A stretch of 64,000 nucleotides of DNA. It comes from Candidatus Scatovivens faecipullorum. GTDB taxonomy: Bacteria; Bacillota; Clostridia; TANB77; CAG-508. The notes under the pieces are model-generated. The model made no database searches, was not told where the DNA came from, and saw nothing but the letters and a program-made list of their open reading frames with translations. Made by a program: the position numbers and the translations under genes. Below are positions 57,846 through 64,000 of this stretch, in pieces. The stretch is from the NCBI GenBank assembly GCA_018715625.1, contig DVLG01000035.1, positions 24,080 to 88,079 on the forward strand, written 5' to 3'. Position 1 is the first letter of the stretch. Each line of letters opens with the position of its first letter.

Positions 57846-59861
57846 CTATTCTGTTTCTGCTAAATATTCTTCAATTTTTTCAATTAAATCTTCTTTTGCT
57901 TTTTCAACAGAAACACCTTCTAATTGAGCTCCAGCTAAAGTTATATGTCCTCCGCCACCTAATTTTTCTAGAATTACTTGAACATTTATATCTCCTATTG
58001 ACCTTCCACTTATAAATACTTTCTCTCCAATTTTCGTCATTACAAAAGATGCTGTTATATCACTTATTGTTAAAAGCTCATCAGCTGCTTTTGCACAAAT
58101 TAAGTTCCCATTTTCATTTTCTTCATCATATATAGCAATAGCTATTGTGTCATTATGAATTTCTACATTTCTTACAATATTTGCAATTTTATTATAACTT
58201 TCTAAGTCTGCTTGAAACCACTTCTTTACTCTTATTATATCAACACCATATTTTCTTAAATACGCTGCTGCCTCAAAAGTTCTAACACCTGTTTTAAAAG
58301 TAAAATCTTTTGTATCTACCATAATTCCACCATATAAACTTTCTGCTTCAATTAAAGTTAATTCAACATTATCTTGTGCATATTGAACTATTTCTGTTAC
58401 TAATTCTGCGGTTGATGAAGCATAAACTTCATGAAAAGAAACTAAAGTATTTTCAATACAATCTGGAGCTTTCCTATGATGGTCAATAACTATTTTTCTT
58501 TCTATTTTATCTAAAATATCTGGAAATTCAACATAGGAAGTTTTATGTGTATCTACCACAATTAATAAAGTATTTTCTTTTATAATTTCTGCTGAATCCT
58601 CTTCAGAAATTATTACCCCTTTGTATTGTTCTAATTTTTGAAGATTATCTAAAAATTTTTCCAAAGACTTTCCTTGTGGTTCAGAAATTATATAACATTC
58701 TTTCTCTAAAGTTTTAGATAATCTGTATAATCCTAGCGCTGAACCAATTGCATCTATATCTATATTTTTATGTCCCATAATTACTACATTATCAGATTCT
58801 AAAATTGCTTTAGATATTGATTGAGATATTGTTCTTGCTTTAACTTTTGTTCTTTTTTCTACTTCTAATGTTTTACCACCATAAAACTTATATTTTCCAT
58901 TCTTTCTTACTACAGCTTGATCACCACCACGACCTAAAACAATATCCATAGCAGTTAAAGCTGATTTATATTTTTCGTAATTATTTTTTCCATCATTTGA
59001 AACAGCTATGCTCAATGTAATTGGTATTTTTCCATCATCCAATTCAATTGTTTTTACTTTGTCTAATATATTAAATCTTTCTTTTTCAAATTCAGATAAA
59101 TATTGTTGTTCAAAAACAAAAGCAAAATGATCTCTTTCTGTTTTTATAATTAATCCGCCAGTTCTAGTTATCCATTCTATTATTTCTTTTTCAATTTTTG
59201 CAAGCAATTCTATTTTCTTTTCTGGTAATATTCTTTGTATTAGTTCTTCATAATTGTCTATCATTGCTATACCAATACAAGTTTTTGATTTATTATAAAG
59301 GTCAAAAAGCTCATTATATTTAGTTTCATCTATAAAATATAAAGATACGGTATATTCTTTTTGTCTTTTCTTTTCTCTTCTTTTTGCTCTTAATACACTT
59401 CCTCTTATTTTATAGACTTTTTTATCTATATTAAATTGCTTTGTGATTTCTATTGCTTCATCATTATTTTTTTCTATATCTAATTTTATTTCTTTCACAA
59501 TAGGAACTAAATAAGTTCTTATATCAATGTTTTGAAATTCTTCAACAAATTTTTTACTTCTCCATACTATATTTCCATCTGTTTCTACTAAAACTAATGG
59601 AATAGGTGTGTTAATAAGATTTCCTTTAGATGCAGTTGATACATCTGAAGTAATGTCTTGTATATGATTTTCTATTTCTGTTCTCTTTTTACTAGTAACC
59701 CATATAGTATATGCTACGATTATTGCAAATAATGCTATTGATGGTATTATCCAACTTAAATCATACACACATAAAGCTATACATAAAAAACCTATTATTA
59801 AGATATAGATTATATTTTTAGATGTAAGTTTATCTAAAATTTTACCATTTGAATTTGGCAT
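57846..59861 (-). CDS. gdpP: GdpP-type DHH/DHHA1 phosphodiesterase (c-di-AMP phosphodiesterase family)
   Basis: There are two N-terminal TM helices and a central degenerate sensor/GGDEF-like region. The DHH motifs are GHKNIDIDAIGS, VVDTH and IDHHR, and the DHHA1 motif is GGGGH. The gene order with rplI-dnaB is conserved. Confidence 0.85.
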   Translation of the reverse strand: MPNSNGKILDKLTSKNIIYILIIGFLCIALCVYDLSWIIPSIALFAIIVAYTIWVTSKKRTEIENHIQDITSDVSTASKGNLINTPIPLVLVETDGNIVWRSKKFVEEFQNIDIRTYLVPIVKEIKLDIEKNNDEAIEITKQFNIDKKVYKIRGSVLRAKRREKKRQKEYTVSLYFIDETKYNELFDLYNKSKTCIGIAMIDNYEELIQRILPEKKIELLAKIEKEIIEWITRTGGLIIKTERDHFAFVFEQQYLSEFEKERFNILDKVKTIELDDGKIPITLSIAVSNDGKNNYEKYKSALTAMDIVLGRGGDQAVVRKNGKYKFYGGKTLEVEKRTKVKARTISQSISKAILESDNVVIMGHKNIDIDAIGSALGLYRLSKTLEKECYIISEPQGKSLEKFLDNLQKLEQYKGVIISEEDSAEIIKENTLLIVVDTHKTSYVEFPDILDKIERKIVIDHHRKAPDCIENTLVSFHEVYASSTAELVTEIVQYAQDNVELTLIEAESLYGGIMVDTKDFTFKTGVRTFEAAAYLRKYGVDIIRVKKWFQADLESYNKIANIVRNVEIHNDTIAIAIYDEENENGNLICAKAADELLTISDITASFVMTKIGEKVFISGRSIGDINVQVILEKLGGGGHITLAGAQLEGVSVEKAKEDLIEKIEEYLAETE

Positions 59862-60045
59862 AAAATCTCCTTTTAAATTTAAACTAACATTTTAATTATA
59901 CAATTTTCAAGCCAATTTGTCAAATTTACATAAAAAATTGATATTATTATATTCATAAAATGAAAAATTATCAAAAATAAACCAAACCTCAAATGTTAAA
60001 AAAGTTAACATTTGAGGTTCTATTTAAAAATAACTTACTTTTTTA

Positions 60046-60699
60046 TTATTTTCTTATTGTTAAATTAACAGATTTTTCAGTATCTGTGTATGAATCATAT
60101 ATTGTGATTGTTACTTTTCCAGGAGCAACACCTGTAACTATACCATTTGAATTAACTGTTGCAATTTCTTCATCACTTGATGTATATGTTAATGTATCTG
60201 TACTAGCATTAGATGGTGTTAATTTTAATTTCATCTGTAAGTCTTTTCCAACTCTAATTGTTTTATTAGTTGTTGTAAATGACATTGATTTAATTGGAGT
60301 AATAACTCTTATATCTGCTGTTGCCTCTAATCCATCATATTTGGCTTTTATTGTAGCCTTTCCATCAGATACTGCTTCTAACTCATTATCTTCATTTATT
60401 TCTACTACATCTTCATTAGATGATTCAAATTCTACTCCTTCTGTTATTATCTCTCCATCTTTAGAAACTGCCATAGTTGAAGTTTCTTTTTTATTTTTTG
60501 ATGATAGAAATTCTTTTTCAATTTCAAGAGTTAATTTAGGTAATATTATTTCATCTTCTTTATTTTCTGTATCACCTGTTTCTGTTGAAACAAGTGCATA
60601 TCCAAATACATGCCCTTTTCCTAAAACTAATACTAAAGCTATAACTGCAAGTATTATAAAAATAACGATTGATATTATTAATGCTTTTCTACTATTCAT
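60046..60699 (-). CDS. membrane-anchored protein with two bacterial Ig-like (Big_2-type) domains
   Basis: There is an N-terminal TM helix. Two repeats have the pattern SSNEDVVEINEDNELEAVSDGKATIKA and TSSDEEIATVNSNGIVTGVAPGKVTITI. Confidence 0.7.
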   Translation of the reverse strand: MNSRKALIISIVIFIILAVIALVLVLGKGHVFGYALVSTETGDTENKEDEIILPKLTLEIEKEFLSSKNKKETSTMAVSKDGEIITEGVEFESSNEDVVEINEDNELEAVSDGKATIKAKYDGLEATADIRVITPIKSMSFTTTNKTIRVGKDLQMKLKLTPSNASTDTLTYTSSDEEIATVNSNGIVTGVAPGKVTITIYDSYTDTEKSVNLTIRK

Positions 60700-60864
60700 T
60701 TGAATTCTCCTACTATTTTAAAAGATTATCTTAATTTTGATTTATTTATTATATACTAACTATAATTTTAAATCAATACTTATAAATTTAATTTACATAT
60801 GTCATATCTATTATTTCAAATATATTTTTAAATCTATATACACCATATTTATTCTAAATATATA

Positions 60865-61383
60865 TTAATCTAGTCTTTTTAATTTTCTCATTTTTGTCCA
60901 CTCTTTAGGATTTTTCATAATTTTGCTTGATATTTCATCTATATCCATTTCTGAAATATCTCGAATCAATTTATCAATCAAGTCTTCTGTTATAATAACA
61001 AGATCTCCACTTTTAAAACTAGCATGTTTTGCTATATTCTTCGTAATCTTTACATTGTATTTTTCTATTAATCTTTTGTTTAATATATCATAATCATTAT
61101 ATATGTCTTTTGAAGTGTGATCTATATATCTATTATAAAAAAGATAATCTGTTAATAAATGTAAAAAATATCCCCTGTTGAAACTATTATTGATTTTATT
61201 AACTTTTAAAAATTCAAATGCATTTGAAAGACTACTTTCTTTACCATAATGTGTTTTTGATTTTGGTACTATACTATCTGGATAAATTACTCCTTTTATA
61301 AATTCTTCATACTCTTCACCTTTATTTTTATGTTTTCTTAAATATTCCTCTGCTACTGCTAAATGTATAACATATCCTGGCAT
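60865..61383 (-). CDS. hypothetical protein, possibly zinc-dependent phospholipase C / P1-nuclease-like fold
   Basis: The N-terminal MPGYVIHLAVAE, a later YPD, and HLLTD resemble the His/Asp ligand pattern of that family. The assignment is weak. Confidence 0.35.
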   Translation of the reverse strand: MPGYVIHLAVAEEYLRKHKNKGEEYEEFIKGVIYPDSIVPKSKTHYGKESSLSNAFEFLKVNKINNSFNRGYFLHLLTDYLFYNRYIDHTSKDIYNDYDILNKRLIEKYNVKITKNIAKHASFKSGDLVIITEDLIDKLIRDISEMDIDEISSKIMKNPKEWTKMRKLKRLD

Positions 61384-61563
61384 CTTTTATCCTTTCTCAT
61401 TATAAAATTAAATTTCTAAATTATTATATAACTTAAATAAAAATACTGTCAATAATTATAATTTAGTGTTCTTAATCCATTATATTATACATATGGATTT
61501 TATTATAATTATAAAAAAACAAATTATAGGATTTTAAATAACCTTCCTATATATAATAAATAA

Positions 61564-61589
61564 AAGTCCTCATAAAAATATGAGGACTT
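61564..61589 (-). terminator. hairpin terminator after rpoC
   Basis: An 11-bp stem AAGTCCTCATA / TATGAGGACTT with loop AAAA, 9 nt after the rpoC stop. A T-rich tract follows on the minus strand. Confidence 0.5.
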
Positions 61590-61597
61590 AAAATCAA

Positions 61598-64000
61598 TTA
61601 TTTATTTTCTGATGTTTCTGTATTAGTTAATTTTTCATCAATTTCTGTCATATTTTCATCTTCTGGTACTTCTTTTTCTGTATTTATTCTAATATTTTGA
61701 TAACGTTTTAATCCTGTTCCTGTTGGAATTAATTTACCGATAATAACATTTTCTTTTAATCCCATTAAATTATCAACTTTACCTTTTATAGCAGCTTCTG
61801 TTAATACTTTTGTTGTTTCTTGGAAAGATGCAGCTGATAAGAAACTTTCTGTTGCAAGTGAAGCTTTTGTTATTCCAAGTAATACCCTCTTATAAGTTGC
61901 TGGTTTTTTACCATTTTGAACTAATTCTTCATTTTTTGCCTCTACTTCTAATAAATCTACAAGTGAAGCTGTATAAAATTCTGAATCTCCTGGATCTTCT
62001 ATTCTAACTTTTTTAAGCATTTGTCTTGCAATAACTTCAATATGCTTATCATTAATGTCAACACCTTGGTTTCTATAAACTTTTTGTACTTCTGAAATAA
62101 TATAAGTATAAACACCTTCAACACCTTTAACATTCAATAAATCTGTTGGGTTTATTGAACCTTCTGTGATTGGATCTCCGGCTTTTACTTCATCTCCATC
62201 TTTTACTTTTAATTTAGAACCAAAGCTAATTGTATATGTCTTGCTATTTTCATTATTTGTAATAATAACTTCTTTTCTCTTTTTCTCATCATCTATTTTT
62301 ACTTTACCATCAATTTCAGTAATAACAGCTAATCCTTTTGGATTTCTTGCTTCAAATAGCTCTTCAACTCTAGGAAGACCTTGTGTAATATCTCCACCTG
62401 CTACACCACCTGTATGGAAAGTTCTCATTGTAAGCTGTGTACCAGGCTCACCAATTGATTGAGCAGCAATAATACCAACTGATTCACCTTCATTTACTCT
62501 TTCACGAGTTGCTAAGCCCATACCATAACATTTACTACAAGCTCCATGTCTTGCTCTACATTCTAATATAGAACGAACTTTTACTTTAGAAAATCCTGCA
62601 TCAACTATTTGTTTTGCAATTTTATCATTTATCATTGTATCTTTATCAACAATTAATTCTCCAGTTTCTGGATTTTTAATATCTTCTAATGGGAATCTTC
62701 CTACAAGTCTTTCTTGTAATGGTTCTATTATTTGATTTCCATCTTTAATATCTTCTACTTCTATACCTTTGGTTGTTCCACAATCTGCTTCTCTTATAAT
62801 TATATCTTGTGAAACATCAACTAATCTTCTTGTTAAATATCCAGAGTCTGCTGTTCTTAAAGCTGTATCTGTTAAACCTTTTCTAGCACCATGAGCAGAA
62901 ATGAAGTATTCTAGTGAATCTAATCCTTCACGGAAACATGATTTAACTGGTATTTCAACAGCTTTACCTGATGTATTAGCCATAAGACCACGCATACCAG
63001 CAATTTGTCTTAATTGGTTCATGTTACCACGGGCACCAGATTGAGCCATCATATAAATTGGGTTTAATTCATCAAAATTATTTTTCATTGCTTCTGTAAC
63101 ATCATTTGTTGCTTTCTCCCAAATTTTAATAATCGCATTGTATCTTTCATCATTAGTAATCATACCACGTTGATATTGTCTGAATATATTTGAAACGTCT
63201 TCATCAGCTTTAGCAAGTATATCTTTTTTAGCTGCTGGAACTGCAACGTCAGCAACAGAAACTGTTATAGCTCCTTTGGTTGAATATTTATATCCTGTTG
63301 CTTTAATATAATCTAATACTTCCGCTGTTTTTGACAAACCATGAACATTTATACAATTTGCTACTATTTTTCCTAAATTCTTTTTGATTACAGGAAAATC
63401 TATTTCTAAATTAAATTCTTTTTCTGGATCAGTTCTATCAACAAATCCTAAGTCTTGTGGTATTCCTTGATTATATATTAATCTACCAACTGTTGTTTCT
63501 ATTGTTTTATGTCTTACTGTTCCATCTTCGTCTGTTTTATATCTTCTTACTTTTATTTTACAATGTAGTCCAACATCACCATTTTGATAAGCAAGCATTG
63601 CTTCATCTTCATCTTTAAAATATAATCCCTCACCTTTTTCACCATCTATTTGAACAGTTAAATAGTAAGCGCCTAAAATCATATCTTGTGTAGGAACTGT
63701 AACCGGTTTACCATCTTGTGGTTTTAATAGATTGTTTGTAGAAAGCATTAAATATCTTGCTTCTGAAATAGCTTCTGGTGTTAATGGAACATGAACAGCC
63801 ATTTGATCACCATCAAAGTCAGCATTAAATGCTGTACAAACTAATGGATGAAGCTTTATAGCTCTACCTTCAACAAGTATTGGTTGGAATGCTTGAATAC
63901 CTAATCTATGAAGAGTTGGAGCACGGTTTAACATTACAGGGTGATCTTGAATAACCTCTTCTAATATATCCCATACTTCTGGTCTTAATTTTTCAACCAT
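61598..64000 (-). CDS. rpoC: DNA-directed RNA polymerase subunit beta' (C-terminal ~800 aa; 5' end outside the window)
   Basis: The catalytic motif [12 protein letters not shown] lies near the window edge. Conserved trigger-loop and C-terminal regions are present. Confidence 0.97.
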   Translation of the reverse strand: MVEKLRPEVWDILEEVIQDHPVMLNRAPTLHRLGIQAFQPILVEGRAIKLHPLVCTAFNADFDGDQMAVHVPLTPEAISEARYLMLSTNNLLKPQDGKPVTVPTQDMILGAYYLTVQIDGEKGEGLYFKDEDEAMLAYQNGDVGLHCKIKVRRYKTDEDGTVRHKTIETTVGRLIYNQGIPQDLGFVDRTDPEKEFNLEIDFPVIKKNLGKIVANCINVHGLSKTAEVLDYIKATGYKYSTKGAITVSVADVAVPAAKKDILAKADEDVSNIFRQYQRGMITNDERYNAIIKIWEKATNDVTEAMKNNFDELNPIYMMAQSGARGNMNQLRQIAGMRGLMANTSGKAVEIPVKSCFREGLDSLEYFISAHGARKGLTDTALRTADSGYLTRRLVDVSQDIIIREADCGTTKGIEVEDIKDGNQIIEPLQERLVGRFPLEDIKNPETGELIVDKDTMINDKIAKQIVDAGFSKVKVRSILECRARHGACSKCYGMGLATRERVNEGESVGIIAAQSIGEPGTQLTMRTFHTGGVAGGDITQGLPRVEELFEARNPKGLAVITEIDGKVKIDDEKKRKEVIITNNENSKTYTISFGSKLKVKDGDEVKAGDPITEGSINPTDLLNVKGVEGVYTYIISEVQKVYRNQGVDINDKHIEVIARQMLKKVRIEDPGDSEFYTASLVDLLEVEAKNEELVQNGKKPATYKRVLLGITKASLATESFLSAASFQETTKVLTEAAIKGKVDNLMGLKENVIIGKLIPTGTGLKRYQNIRINTEKEVPEDENMTEIDEKLTNTETSENK

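Noticed and set aside
59993-60703. 236-aa plus-strand ORF overlapping the 217-aa minus-strand ORF
   Set aside because: The minus-strand product has a TM anchor and two clear Big_2-type repeats. The plus-strand product is a featureless Ser/Val/Phe-rich string.
1-64000. Search for CRISPR arrays, rRNA genes, IS elements, transposases, integrases, toxin-antitoxin pairs or phage blocks
   Set aside because: None was seen. There are no regularly spaced direct repeats and no DDE, tyrosine-recombinase or serine-recombinase motifs in any ORF. The giant-gene block has no flanking direct repeats that I could detect by eye.

Overview
Visibly AT-rich, low-GC Firmicute (Clostridia-like endospore former: spoIIE, ypeB and CotF-type coat genes are present) chromosomal segment, transcribed almost entirely from the minus strand. 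The right third is housekeeping: rpoC 3' part, gdpP-rplI-dnaB, tilS, ftsH, dps, one tRNA-Lys(CUU), coat-F genes, an M23 peptidase, mecA, and a radC-mreC-mreD-PBP2-minC block. The left part is cell envelope and sporulation: spoIIE, a GT28-NUDIX fusion, ypeB, an alpha/beta hydrolase / membrane-anchored MurF-like ligase / Ddl / LMW-PTP / GT51 transglycosylase operon, mscL and a J-domain protein. A possible conjugation-type coupling-protein fragment sits at the extreme left edge. The outstanding feature is a ~28.5 kb block (14679-43260, about 45% of the window) made of two tandem, paralogous, translationally coupled two-gene cassettes encoding four giant secreted proteins (1967+2767 aa and 1800+2747 aa). 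The second gene of each cassette has an N-terminal region whose Cys and Gln motifs fit Gram-positive thioester (TED) adhesins. Each also has an unusual Cys/His-rich insert and a TPPTG-type sorting signal. The first gene of each cassette is a DUF11/SdrD-B-like repeat protein with a degenerate sorting signal (LVSTG / SAKTG). No sortase, integrase, transposase, CRISPR array or rRNA is visible. Secondary observations are listed below.
- +1 frameshifts in two adjacent small genes (radC 5' end and a DUF4321-like gene).
- A PBP2 gene with no canonical start codon.
- Absence of mreB and minDE from their usual positions.
- Several unusual domain fusions.
- A recurrent TTTTCCACA/TGTGGAAA element in intergenic regions.
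All functional calls come from reading motifs by eye. No HMM or BLAST search was possible.
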